DNA of 63,875 nt, filler included, from Dicyema japonicum (lineage: Eukaryota > Animalia > Dicyemida): the NCBI GenBank assembly GCA_011109175.1. It is 6 parts of 6 records of this genome, joined end to end, with 100 filler letters (N's around TTAATTAATTAA, not from the genome) between each part and the next. Parts side by side here need not be neighbours in the genome. Positions count along the whole stretch, not along the records: positions 1 to 12,666 come from RDEW01000030.1; positions 12,767 to 23,557 come from RDEW01000101.1; 4 more parts are not named here. One strand, written 5' to 3'. The translations under genes were made by a program, and so were the position numbers. Of the stretch, positions 1 through 13,004 are shown one piece after another (position 1 is the first letter of the stretch; each line of letters starts with the position of its first letter). Below the pieces are notes generated by a model. The model saw only the letters and a list, made by a program, of their open reading frames with translations. It was not told the origin of the DNA and did no database searches.

Positions 1-545
1 TGATAACCTTGAAGACCTGCTCCGGTCATTCCACCAAGACATGCGTAATTATTTAACTTTAGGGTCTCAGCCTTCTCCGAAGCAGAGCCTGGGTTAGTTG
101 CTATCGTTATAAGGTTGGAAGAGAGGATATCGACACAGGTGGCGTCCCAGGCAAGGTATTTACCACTTTCCCATGAAAAGAGTGATTCCGTCCGGTCTTC
201 GGTTTGCTTGAGCAAGTCCAAGCTGTACTAATTGGACAGGAAATCCAGCAGCCTCAAGTCTCCAAACAATAACGCTATTGATTGCGGTATGTCTAGGACT
301 CCTTCTAGCACTCATCCGGCAGAAAGAGAGTGAAGACCTTTAGCGTCGACCATTCCTCCAAATCTACACCGATGGATAATGCAAACGTCCATTCCGAGGC
401 AGACAAAACCCCCAATCCTCGTCGCGTCGTCATCCAATGGTGTCCCAAGTGAGGTGCATGATAATGCTCTGAGTCAGGCTCCGCTCTTGTTCGTCGATGC
501 AGAAGCCAGAACTGACCTTAAGTTTGGCGCTTGTCCCTGACCGCA
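1..545 (-). mobile_element. CRE-like (RLE-type) non-LTR retrotransposon C-terminal remnant
   Basis: Manual minus-strand translation with frameshifts: SLGTPLDDDA...GLHSL(S)CRMSARRSPRHTAINSVI...RRPDGITLF.WESGKYLAWDATCVD, i.e. Zn-knuckle plus PD..D restriction-like endonuclease. Homologous to ORFs 6990-7580 and 31787-32242. Confidence 0.85.
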
Positions 546-3219
546 ATAGTAAGTCAGTATTAGTTAGACTGTTTTAAACTTCTAAATGTACAGAAAGTGA
601 ATTACAACTTAATAATTTAAACATAACAGATTAAATCGTATCCAAAATGGATATTTATGATCCTAATAAGATTAAAAAAACAAGATGACGAGGTAAAAAA
701 ACAAAAATCAAGTTTTGTCCAAGTACCTACGTAACTAAGAAAAGCTGAAATAGTTTAAATATAAAGATCGAAAACTAGCTCCTAGAAACATTGAAAATGA
801 CAATGATTTAATGCTCATTACCTCAATAAAAAGCTCAATAAGTTTGACAATTGTCGAGAGCGTCGATAATCAAGGTGTCTCCGACTTCTGAATCGTTCAG
901 TGTCGACTTCTTCTGAAAATAATCGAGGTGTCAGGACTTCTGAATAATCTTCTGAATAACGTGGTCAATAGTAATGGAGAAAAAAGAGAAGTCCAATGGG
1001 ATCACATTGTTAAGCAACAGACGAAGGTCGACAATATGATTCCTTCGTTTTTGAGTGATCTCGTTAATGTTTTCTGTAGAATAGTAGGGCATTCCGATAG
1101 GGTCAGGTTAGATTTGACGTTTCCCGAGAAGGCAAGAGACTAGTGAATGGGTTTGAGCGCCCCAGAGAACTGACAAAAGGATCCCGTTGAGGAGAAGATC
1201 GCAAAAATATTGCTTATCTACATGTTTCCAAAATAAAAATGTCTAAATAAAATAATAAGTAAAATTTTAATTAAATATTATATAAAAAATTAATTTAATT
1301 AAAAAAATAATAAAATTCAACGCTGTGTTGGGAGTTTGTTCATTGGTAAATTTTTTTGAGAATAACTATTTTTAGAAAAAAAACTAGACAACAGTATGAT
1401 CCAACATGAATGTGGGTAAATTTTAATATGATAGCGTGAAGCCATTTTACAGCAGTCATATAAGACACATATCTTGCTCACTTAATTATACTGAATGATG
1501 TAACAAAACAATTATTTCTTGAACAAATTTGTTAATTTTATTGTCTAGACAATCGCACTGCAACGTATGATTCTTTTTCTATCGAAAGTGACAATCGTAT
1601 ATTAAAATCTCTTTTTTTTAGAATACTTAGACGATACTCATTTTCCGGATGACTCACAAATGATGAAAAGCAAAACAGACAGCTAAAAGCATGGTGTCTG
1701 GTAAAAATAATATTCATCAAAAAATCGTTTTTTAATAAATTTTTACTTTCAGGCTTGTCATTGGAAATTGATTCGTCACGGGAGCTCAATAACCTGGATG
1801 ATTTAACTGAAAAGATTCATCTTCTTAAATTCTATACAAATCAAAACAATAGTCAGAATTATAACACATCATTTTAGAAGAAAAGCCTTGAAAATTTGAC
1901 AAATCCCACAATTTTGGTGAAAATACTAAGGAGTTTCACAAATCTTTGATTAATTGTCGATGAATTCGGAGAAAGTTCACAATTCTGGTGAAAAAAACAT
2001 ACGAAATTGAGAAATCTAAGATTTTTAAAGAGAAGACCAAGGAAATTTTGGAATGTGGAATTTTATAAAACCAGTAAATTCAATGACAAACAAAATAAAT
2101 TAAAAAACTTATTACCGCAGAGCAACCTTATGAACATGGTTGGATGGTAGTAATATTTTAGATTTTCAATCCTTCCTATGTACATAATTGAGCAGTCTGC
2201 TCAGAGACAACTATTTTAGAGCTTATGTGTAATTGTTATATCAGAAATTATATCAGAAGGTTTACCGTTGTTGATCTTACAAGTAAATCCAAAAAAGAAG
2301 CTTACAAAGTGTAAAATGTGTTTTTTACAGTTAATTCATCATATTTTCTAAAACAGTGAAAACGTAAGATACTGTATATCGAAATATTAGCCAAAACAGA
2401 CAGCGCTGCATTTTTTAACGAATTAGGAAGAAAGAGTGACTTTGTTACCCCAAAGATTTGGTGGATTATTTTTAACTGAAAAATTTTGAAAAATACATTA
2501 TTAGCGATGAAAGTAAAATCGAAGTTGGTTTCCAAGTTTTTTTATTTGTTCCACTCGAGGTTGAGACGCCTGTTCCCTTGAGCATGCGAAACGGGAATTC
2601 GTCTAAGGAATATATTAATAAACTCGAATGTGGAGTGAAAGATCCAACAAAGGTTGAGACTCGATTAAGTTGATTGCTGAAAATGCCGAATTATGAGATC
2701 CCCATTACAAGGAAAAAATTCTCAAGAAAATACAACTTTTTAGTGAGTTTGATTTTAATTGTAATTTAGTCTTAAAAATTATTCAATTTTTAATATTAAA
2801 TATAACATCAGTGCCGAATATAACGTGAAAGTGAATTTCGACATAAGTGACCATGTTAGTTATTTTAGGTTTACTGTGATTTTTATAAACTAAGAGAAAC
2901 TTTCTCCAATCGAATTTTTTCTCAGATTTGCGCCGGACCAGATGAATTTTTTGATTTCATCCATATTGAATCAATGTACGGATATTTTATATTTTGATTT
3001 GTAATAGTTTTCTAGCTTCTTCGATATTCTTGATGAATGTTTGGACTCCTATATAAATGGGATAGGGATATGTTACGTTGTATTGTTTATACTGCCAAAC
3101 ATCCTACGGAGTTTCATTGACCATCTTTAAAAGGTTTGAGATACTGTCACCTAAAAATACCTTTTTTATTTTTTCAATTTCGTTATTCGTTTAATTTTTA
3201 AACATGAACTAAGATTGGC

Positions 3220-4500
3220 GCTTACTGATCACACCTAGTTGCAAGGTGATCGACGTTCTTTTTTGCTGAGTTACAATGTTCACACTTACTTTCTCCGTTA
3301 TCAAAAAAATGTTACGATCCTTAAGTAGACACAACGTTCCCTCGGTTATAGGGGAATGATTTCCAACCACAAGCCATCCAGAGGATTCAGCAATGCACTT
3401 TATTAATCAAATTGATGATCAATGTCGCTTTCATTAATCTCTTTGGGACTATCCAATGAGTAATTTATGTTAATAGAGTCATCAAGTCCAATTGGAGTTA
3501 CCTTAATATTTGACATTATTACTTAAAATTGTGTTGTCACCGATTCAAACTCATTATTTTCTGATATACTATTAATTAAAGTTGAGTACTAATATTGAAA
3601 GATGACTAAATAAAATCACCTTTCTGTTTCGGTAATTGAGATATTTATATATAGATTTTTTATCGCCAGTGCTTAACTGAAGTAGTCTTTTGTATAAGCA
3701 ACATTGATTACTTTGCATTTAGACGAATTTGGGGCAAAACAAGTTTTGTCAAAGCAGAAAGGTGGCCGGACCTCTCCCACTACAGTTTCTAGTTTAGCCA
3801 TTTTTATGTTGTTTTATAAATTGATTATCAAAAATCTTTTCGGAAAACCCGACGTTTTTTTAAAGTGAGTTAGCGATGACTTAGAATCGCCGCCAGTACA
3901 CGTGTTAAGTTCCTTTCGGCAAAAATCCCAGACATCGCATATTTTCCAAGAGAATATGCGTCCGACTAAAACAAGAATACTATAAAACGATGACTTACTG
4001 AAGTGAGTAAGAAGGGGAAAATCTCTTTAAAAGGAAAAAAACCCGAGAAGTCTTTTAAGCAACATGTTGAGATATGAGTTATTGTAGGCCAAAAAAGTGT
4101 TCCTCATCGAGCGGCGAATATTATTTGTCCAGAGGCGATTTTTTATTTGTGATTTTTAAAACCCAAGACCACCAAGAAAGATAGTATATTTACTAACTAA
4201 TTAAGTGATCCCGACATCAAACATCTTTCGAATTCTTTCGAATTCTTCACTAGCAATCCAACCGAATCCTGAAGTGTCTTCTATGTCTGTAGAGAAATTC
4301 ACTTGAGTTTTTATTGCCGATCTGAATTTCTCGTCATGAGACGCCTTATTAGGGTAGGGGTTTCTTAGCTATTTAACTAAATAATATCTGATATTTCTAC
4401 TGGAAATGAAAAATAGAGATGTCTTTTTAAGAAAGTTTAAGATGATCGGAGAGTTCCAGTGAATGCATAGCTTTTGAAAAGTCCACATTTCCCATTTGAT
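3220..4500 (-). mobile_element. Heavily decayed R4/Dong-like RLE non-LTR retrotransposon
   Basis: Minus strand about 3225-3400 reads IAESSGWLVVGNHSPITEGTLCLLKDRNIF...KCEHCNSAKKNVDHLATRCDQ, the CCHC region typical of this clade. Weaker RT-like remnants lie at about 4300-4480. Confidence 0.5.
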
Positions 4501-5479
4501 TAAGTTTTTTTGGTCTCAGATTTATAATAAGCTAACTTAAATAGCATTCGATACTCTAGGTAACTTTTTAAGCCAAAGAGTCAATTTTTGTTTTTTGCAA
4601 TTAAAAATTTTTTTTAATTAATGAAACATCAAAAAATATTTAATCTAGTCTAATAAATGAGATAAATGACCCTGATTTCTTACCCGAATAGTGTTATATC
4701 TAAGTCGTAAATTGTTGTTATAATTAAAGCAAGATTCCTAAATTTGCATCAATAATTTGATTCGGCACATTGCAAGACATTTTATTAGTTCTATTCGCAT
4801 TTGTTTTTGTGGACTAAGGTGTATTTTTAATTTGATTTAAAATCTCTGTTTTATTCGTAAAATTTTGGAATAGTTGTTGTGACAATTTTAGAAAACAGGA
4901 TTTGATGTCACCAATAATTGAATGCTGAACTTCAAAGCTTGTTTTCGTGAATCGCCAATTAGACATTTTCTGTAAAATCATTATGCTTTGAATTAATTGT
5001 CTCTCCAGATTTTTATTTTGTTTTGGTAGAATGTTTCGTGGCAAATTAGCATATTTATAGACATAATTGGAGAGCAACAAACAAAATTTATGATTAAGCG
5101 AGTAAGATTTTTAAAATTTAAATATGAAAAGATATTTATAATTAAATAAAAAAAACAATTTAATATAAAATTGAATCTAAATAAAATATAAAAAATATAA
5201 AAATATACATAAAACATTTTGGAGAGAAGACTATTTTGAAACTGTGTTTTTATTATAGATGTAAGTATTCATTTGCGATAATCGAAATAGCCACACAAAA
5301 AACATTTCAACCAAAACATGATTTACCTTAAGAACATTCTGGATGAGACCTGAATTCTAATTATTGACTATGTTTAAATAACATATTGCGTAAATTTATA
5401 AATTCTTACTTTTTACGACAAAAGTACACTAAAATCTAACAACCAGATAGAGTTGTGAGTTCTTTAAAAATCTGATGTT

Positions 5480-7700
5480 CATTATAGGAGGAGAAGAAGG
5501 ACGACATCAATGTCGAGTTGCTGGTAAGAGTCTGCACGTCGTTTCTTCCATTCGGAATCAGTTGCTGGCGGGCACCCTTCTATGGCGCAACAGTCAAAAA
5601 GTTACTAGTAATTGAACTAATTAGGTGATAACGTTAAATATTAAAATCAGTCTCTGCTGGACACCCTCTATCCCGATTCGCACAAGAGCAGAAAGATGGT
5701 CGTTTCATTGACACACCTGCCGGAATCAGTTGAATTTTTTACGACAAAAGTACACTCCCAAATCTAATAAATGTGATGAATGTATGGGTTTGCTTCAAGT
5801 GGATGGCACTTAACACGCGTATATTCCTACTACTGAAATAAGGGAAACTCTTTAGGATATGGCTGTAGGGAAATGTTGTCTGAACAATGATTTTTTGATT
5901 AAATTGAAGTTTGTAATTCTACACAAGATCTCCTCAGACCGGTTGAGAATTGTCAGATGATGGTTGCTGCAGAAGAGCTCTCGAATTTCCATGTCAAGTT
6001 AAGATCATTCCCGTGGTTTTTACTTGGATGGAGTTGTTCCAAAATGTTATTGTTTGTGATATATAGGAGAGTGGATGAAAATTGCAGTTTTATTTTTGGT
6101 GATTGAGATTTTTGGGAGGAGGTTTGTCTGGTTGAAGCGGTTGCCACCACAGTTTCCCAGCTCTATCCAATTTTGACATAGTCAGATACCACAAATTGAT
6201 CAAAGCTTTGAAAGATGCAGATATAAAGTACATATAAATGCGATGAGGTTGTGAGATCAATTGATGCTCAGCTAAATCTCTGGTACCTCAATGATGCCAC
6301 AATTGGAGGATCGTTCAAGGAAACATACAATTCATTACGTAAAGCGTTACCCGCTTTAAAACATTTGGGCTTGGACATCAATGTTAACATATCAGAGCTA
6401 ATAAATGTCTCATATTCATACACCGACTTCCTCTCTATCAAGGAGTCTTTTAACGAACTGCTTCCTGGGATCCCGACTAAGCCAGTTGATAAATTATATT
6501 TCCTCGGATGCCCACTCAGCGAAGAAAACTCAAGAACCATCTACGTTCCAAAAATGAAGAATTAACATGCCTTGCGAAAAGATTGTCATGTCTCGACTCA
6601 CACACATCTTTCTTCCTGATGAGAAACAGCATCGGACTACCCAAGCTTTTAAATCTACTCCGATGTTCACCCTGCTACGAACAATACGACACTCTACTTT
6701 CAATAGACAATTCTCTCAAGCAAACTGTTGAGTCACTAATTAACGTCCGCTTCGACGAACTTGGTTGGAAACAATGTAAGCTTCCCTCTGGATTTGGGGG
6801 TGTCGGTCTAAGATCGGCGCTGGAGGCATATCTATCGTCTCTCAAGCTGCAGCCATTTGACACGGCAAGTCCTTTATAACACTATTGGACTTCGTTGGAA
6901 TGAGTCATTTGACGAAGCTTGTCGGAAATGGAACAGGTCCGGACTCAAAATCCTTATAGACACAACAAAGCAAAGTAATTGGGATAATAGTGTCTGCTCC
7001 AAAATTTTGGAAGACCTTAAAAAAAAGCAAATCAACATCCTCTGGCTTGTTTGGTGTCAGCTTCAAGTGGAAAGAGTGGAGCATGGCTTGGTGCAATACC
7101 TTGCCAAACCTCGGGACCTTTTTGGACGACGATTCTTTGAGGATTAGAATCGGACAAAGGCTGGGACTAGACGTTTGCCAGTGCGAGGATGTCGATGCGA
7201 AAGGATTCCACCCGATGTCCTGCAGAAGAAGCCCCGGAAGAGGACCACGTCATGCTGCTCTGAACGATGTGATCGTCAGTGCTCTGAAGGCTACAGGCTT
7301 CCCAGCACAGCTTGAACCAGTGGGTCTTGATCGAGGAGATGGGAAGAGACCTGACGGGATGACCCTTTTTACCTTCACGTCTGGAAGATCTTTGGTCTGG
7401 GACGCAACTTGTGTAGACATGTTCTCAAGCACGAATATTTTCAAATCGGTTCAGACACCTGGAGAATCTGCTTCGACTGCGGAGAACTTAAAAACAAGAA
7501 ATAATCTTGCCTCTGAGATCGCTACCGATTTACTTCTGTTGCGACCGAATCATCGGGAGCCGTTGGTCAATGACGGCTAAATCCTTGCGAGAACTTGGAG
7601 GATTGCTTCCATAAAGAAAGGGATCAACGAGAACAGTTGTGGCTAAGACAAAAGATTGGAATAGCCATACTCCGATGGAACTTGTTGGATCTTGGTCGCA
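5480..7700 (+). mobile_element. CRE-like non-LTR retrotransposon, frameshifted (RT + Zn knuckle + RLE)
   Basis: ORFs 6251-6565 (NLWYLNDATIGG, degenerate YLDD), 6508-6879 (GLPKLLNLLRCSPC...QCKLPSGFGGVGLR) and 6990-7580 (HPMSCRRSPGRGPRHAALND...DGKRPDGMTLFTFTSGRSLVWDATCVD). PFYGAT remnant near 5580. Confidence 0.85.
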
Positions 7701-7829
7701 CTATTAGTGAATAACTGATATTTTAATTCTTTAATTCTTTCTATTGTCAGATAATGATTAAATCATTGTATCATTAATATTATCGAAATATTACGTAACT
7801 TCTTGATTATGGATTCACAAACCAGGGAC

Positions 7830-8104
7830 ATACGATAATGGTTAATGTACATGTGATCGGTGCTTCATCACAAAATTTTAGAATATATCATAAAATGTGG
7901 CATTGAGGAGGTTGTTCATTCAGGAGATTGTAGAATATGTTTATGAATAGTTTTGAAATATTTATTCGAATATATCTGAAGGAAAATCCTCATATTGATT
8001 GATTCTTGTTTACGTGTGATGTTTAAAAGAATTATTGAAAAAAATTGAGTTAGCGATAAGCGATTTTTCACTGGAAAGTGAGCTTTATGTTGAATGTTGC
8101 GCAA
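7830..8104 (-). mobile_element. Possible 3' remnant of an RNase H-type LINE
   Basis: TRKQESINMRI...HKHIL...PPQCHI weakly resembles the R.EEVIL.RLRIGH..LTH..L....PP.C tail of I/Jockey-group elements. Confidence 0.25.
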
Positions 8105-8419
8105 CTTTTACATAAAATTTCATAATGAAACCGCCAATAACTCATTTAGATTTACTGGAGGAGGTAAGCACGTGACTGTGGCTAGAGGTTTATTAAGATT
8201 ATTGAAGAGGGACAAGGATTTTTTTCTTATTGAGCCAATTGTTCGAATCAATCGAATGGAACTTGAACAGTCGAGACCCTTGGTATTTCTTCAATTCAAG
8301 TTGTTTTATTTTAAATCAAGTTATTTTAAGTGCCAACACGTGTTAATATTTTATTTTTCATGTTCTCCAAATGCTGATTGTTTACTTTTACTCTTATCCT
8401 TTCTGTGTTCAATACGTTC

Positions 8420-9230
8420 GTGTCTCCAATAAGACTCTAGTCGGCTTAGTAATTTCCTTAGCATGTTGAGGGATGAGAAACACAAGTGTGAGCGAGCAAG
8501 ACCATTTTATCGACATAAAATCATCCAAATGACGGGAAAGTCATATGCTGTTTTAAGTATTGAATTTGTACTCTATCTTCATATTAACAGCAGGAAATCT
8601 AACCTTTCAGTTAACAAATTAGACGCTGATTAAGTGAGATATTAAAAAATATTCACCCCCAGTCTTCCCCCTAGCCCCTCGATGAGGAAACAGTGCTAAC
8701 AAGAACATCACTGCCAAGAACGACGCTCCCAAATATTTGTCAGGTGTATTTGATGCTGTGCAGAACTCAGACGAGGAGAGGACGATTGTCCGATTTTTTT
8801 CAGATAGGAAAATAAATCCGAGTGGTGACATCTATTGTTCAGGTACGTCAAAGGCATGGTCAAGAAGAAACCTTGTGATAAACAGGAGATATGATATTGT
8901 ATGCAGTCTCTACGAGAACCAAAAAAATGTCAGTAATTCCAAATGATTAAAAGCAATATTCCTCGCATTTGGCATATGAGTAACAGGATTTGTGTATCCA
9001 AAATACTATAAATGATCAATGTCCTTGGAAGGAGAACAAAGATCTTACCGAATGGAAGACTTTTCTTGGAAAAAACATCTACAAGAATATCAATAAGTCT
9101 GGAAATAGAAAATCTTCCCAGAAAATATGTTTTCCAGTGGGACGCTTTATAGAAGGCCAAGAATAGGGTTCGAATCATTGGTTTCTAATGTTTCCTGAGT
9201 CGGTCACCACAGCAATGATCACGAGAAAAA
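8420..9230 (+). pseudogene. Putative endogenous Mononegavirales/Jingchuvirales-like L (RdRp) fragment
   Basis: Frame-hopping translation ETVL...LSGVFDAVQNSDEERTIVRFFSDRKINP..GDIY...FGI*VTGFVYP follows the order of the L-protein block IV-V motifs (LF...EE..L..FL...PR..I; WG...G.T.P). Manual recognition only. Confidence 0.4.
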
Positions 9231-9429
9231 TAAGTCAATGGTTTTAGCCAAAATGAAGTTAACTGGACAGTTAGGACAATAGAGGTGCCTGACCACCTAA
9301 ACCTTCAATCAACTAACCACGTGTGTAAACAGATTTAGATGTTTTCCTATAACCACAATAAATTAATTAAAATTATCATAATTTTTTAATTTAACCTTTA
9401 GTTTCAATCGATATAATTCTAACATAGAG

Positions 9430-12110
9430 ACATGCCACGTGTCATATGGTTGATTGGAACTTTAAAAGCTCATTTAACAATAATTTAGAGATTTGTAATC
9501 GTAACTTTTGGTGAGTGGTGACGTGCCTCTCTAGCTATGTCTCAAACATTTTTATTCGATCAACTTTTATTGTCGCTTCATTTAATGTTAGAGGACTATC
9601 AGCGAGCTCAAAACGGAACATCCTGTGCGAGGACCTAGACGTTACGGAGTTGACGTATGCTGTCTTAAAGAGACAAAAGTTCTAGGAGGACACGATGAAG
9701 TTCACGGAAAATACCACCTAATGTTACTATTATCTGAATGCCGACACTATGGACTGGGATGCCGTCTGAGTTTGTTGAGAAATCGAGAGTTAAAGTGTGG
9801 AGCATCAATGACCGTATTGCGATTCTTCAAATCAAACTAAAACCTACAGGGAATAATCTGTTAACTATTATCAAACGTATAGGCACCCATACCGCAGAGT
9901 ATTGGTTACCTCTGATGAGTTGGACGAATTTTATGAAAACCTTTCGAAAATATGCACCGAACTGGACAAAACAGCAATCATGTTTCTGTCAGAGACTGAA
10001 TGCCAAAGCAGGAATTAAGAAAGACCACGATATGTTTGGAAGGCACGGAAGAGGGCATCGAAACTCTTCCGGAGAATCCCTACTTGGGTTCTGCGTGGAA
10101 TTTGGTCTCCATCTCTGCAATACGACATTTCAACATCCAGCCAGGCATAAGACGACATGGACTGGCCACAGAAAAGGCCGAGACGGCCGAGAGATTACAA
10201 TATACAATCAAGCAGATTATACATTATATCAGAATGCACATAAAAACCTGCTCGTGGAATCACGCTCATATGGAGGAACTGTAGCAAATAGTGATCATAA
10301 GATAACGAAAACTATTTGGTAACATTGCCCAGAACAATCTAGCTAACGTTAAACATTCGAATACTAGCTACAAGGAACTGATAAACAAAACCGTGAAACG
10401 GAGAAAATTTCAGGCAACATCGAGCAACACACACAACAAAAAATGTGGAAGAAAGCCGGATTCTCCTGGAAAAGTTACCAAGGCCGTTAAACAGGCCGCG
10501 ACGGACACTATCGGCTACAGAATCATCCGCTTGAACACAACTGCGCATATTATGATTCAAACTAAAGGAAATGTCAGAGCGCCAAAGAAACATCCTCCTG
10601 AGAATTGAAAATTGCGGTCTGACACCAAAAGAGAAAAAGGAATCAACGAAACAGACTCCTTCATGAAATAAGAGTCCAGGCACGTCTATTATGGACGAAA
10701 TTCTGAATGAGAAGGTTACAGAAATTGAAAGGCTTTCATCTGAAAGTCAACTGTTCCTGGCTGTGCGGTTGCTTAATCGTGGTTCCCAAAATTCCAAAAT
10801 AGCGATATGAGATGGATCGGAACCTAATATTGGATGATGGCGACAAAGCCTCACGAATTGCTGACACTTTCAGAAACAATTCCAAAGAGATGATACTTAT
10901 ACACCCACATTTATTGGGCATCCGCGAGCTTGTCAACGAAATACACATTCGGAGGTCCTAGAAGCATTGCACCATATGACAACAACAGACTGCAGGATGC
11001 GATGAGTCTCAGGGAATTAGTCAAATACGCTCCCGATAGTCTGGCGAGGTTCTTCGCACAAATACTGAACAAGCTTTTGCATTGCACTGTCCGCTTCCAA
11101 TCGGGATCGGAATATTAATATCAGTTCATAAACCGAGCAAAAGACGGGGACCCTTCGGAAGCTTAAGAACTATTGTGCTAGTAACAACTCTAAGGAAAAC
11201 TCTATCGACTATTGTTCGAGGCCGCATATCAATGTCGGTCGATCTATATCTCTCTTGCGGTCAAAGTGGATTCAGGCCTGTAAGATCCACGGCTGATCTC
11301 TAGACAGCCACTTCATGGAAATCATTTACGCAAATGACGTTGATTTTGCCGCTGAAGATAGGAATTTATATAATTTATTATGGAGAAAGCGAAAACAACT
11401 TTAAGTAAATGGTCCCTCAAAATCAATGAAGACAAAACTAAAATAACTATTGAAAGAACGCCAACCCGCGTTGAGAGAAGTGAAGGAACCCGAAAACTCG
11501 GTACTTGGTGATTCAGAAGACATCAAACGACGAAAGATATTGGCCACAATGACATTCAAAAAATTACAATCCATTTTGATGAGAAAGAATCAAATTCCTA
11601 GTAAGATGAGATTACGCTTATATAATGATTTGTCCGATCAGTCCTCATGTAAAACGCAGGTACTGGGAACATCAAAGAAAGATATGGAACAGTTTGACTT
11701 TTTCACAAGGCTAACTGGGAAAACCTCTTGGATACTTTGGCCAAAGAAAATCTCAAACAATAAACTATAAAAACTGCTGATTGCGACCAATAAGTCTAAA
11801 CGTACTTGAAGCACGCTGGCGCTTTTTAGATATAATCAACGGATCAAAAGACATCATGCAATGCCGCCATGGAAGAATTTTTCGGCCATACTGTATCTCC
11901 TGCATTCAGAGGACGTCCAAGAAGTTGTCTTCCAAGGACACTCGCGGAGGATTACGCAGGATCGGGGGCAGACTGATGGATGCGACGATCTGGAGGAAAT
12001 CAGGAAACGAGCACGTCAAAGAAAAGGATGGAATAGACAAACGGAAAGGATAATCGAAAAACATGGCACAAGCGAAACATTAACAGTGTTTACTGGCAAC
12101 GCGAATGTGC
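9430..12110 (+). mobile_element. RTE-clade LINE, near full length but decayed (APE + RT)
   Basis: FNVRGL and CCLKETK APE start; ORF 9738-10322 (RHGRGHRN...CNTTFQHPARHKTTW...SDHK); ORF 11082-11303 (GSLRTIVLVTTLRKTLS...QSGFRPVRSTADL); RT C-terminal remnants 11450-12127. Confidence 0.85.
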
Positions 12111-12559
12111 TTCAACTAAATAACTAATCTTGATTTTTTTGATATAAGAATTTCAAAAAACTTAATGTCAAGCATCCACTTAATATATGTTGTGGACATT
12201 TCCTTGCCATCTTACTGCCTTTATTATCATGAAACAAGCTTCTGTGTCTTTCCAGATTACTAAAAATTGGGTCTGGATAAGAAAATTGCTGCAGGATTGA
12301 GTTAGTCAGCGTCATGTGAAGAAACCTCTTCTGATCCTCACGAATTGAACAACTAGACCAACAGAAATTACGAAATCCGAATGGTCACTCTTCTTATATT
12401 TAAATATAATCATTAATTATTAATTAGTTGATTATCTCTGGAAGTTACAGAATTTTTGTTCTGATTTTCCCCGCGTGTCTCCATTTGGTGCTACGTGGCT
12501 AATTGATTGAGATTTTCTATTTGTATCGTCTGTTCTTCCTCTTCCCCTTCTACTAGAGT

Positions 12560-12622
12560 GGCGTCATATGATCCACCTGTCTCAGTTGGCGCCCAGTTCT
12601 AGGCTGGCACGAAAAGGGATCA
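12560..12622 (+). ncRNA. Candidate HDV-like self-cleaving ribozyme in an RTE-associated leader repeat
   Basis: P1 GGCGTCA(12560-66)/TGGCGCC(12587-93); P2 TGATCC(12569-74)/GGATCA(12617-22); P3 AC/GT; P4 hairpin; J4/2 CGAA. Second copy at 63189-63252. L3 is non-canonical. Confidence 0.5.
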
Positions 12623-12666
12623 TTTGCTCTTTCACCTCCACTGGAGGGGTTTCCACAACTGCAAGG

Positions 12667-12766
12667 NNNNNNNNNNNNNNNNNNNNNNNNNNNNNNNNNN
12701 NNNNNNNNNNTTAATTAATTAANNNNNNNNNNNNNNNNNNNNNNNNNNNNNNNNNNNNNNNNNNNN
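12667..12766. other. Assembly spacer: 44 N + TTAATTAATTAA + 44 N (also 23558-23657, 48089-48188, 58029-58128, 62633-62732)
   Basis: Identical 100-bp construct at five places; the 12-mer gives stops in all six frames. Confidence 0.97.
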
Positions 12767-12788
12767 TACATAAATTTTTTTAAATTTT

Positions 12789-12910
12789 CCTACGCCGAAT
12801 AGTCCTACGCCGAATCGTCCCTACGCCGAATCGTCCTACGCCGAATAGTCATTCTCAAAATTTTCTACGCCGAATAGTCTTACGCCGAATAGTCCTACGC
12901 CGAATAGTCC
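12789..12910. repeat. 15-bp tandem repeat CCTACGCCGAAT(A/C)GT, about 7 copies in two blocks
   Basis: Directly visible; the blocks are separated by ATTCTCAAAATTTT. Confidence 0.9.
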
Positions 12911-13004
12911 TGCACTCGTTGGTGTCAAGCCCATCAGATTCCGTGCGAGGGTGAAGTGTTTGTATACCGTGGTTATGGTTCTTGTCTGGTGAGTGTACTC
13001 TAGC

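Noticed and set aside
1540-2540. Possible host gene on either strand
   Set aside because: Near-open frames and one intron-like segment, but scattered stops and no recognisable domain.
12789-12910. CRISPR-like array
   Set aside because: 15-bp units without unique spacers, no cas genes, eukaryotic context.
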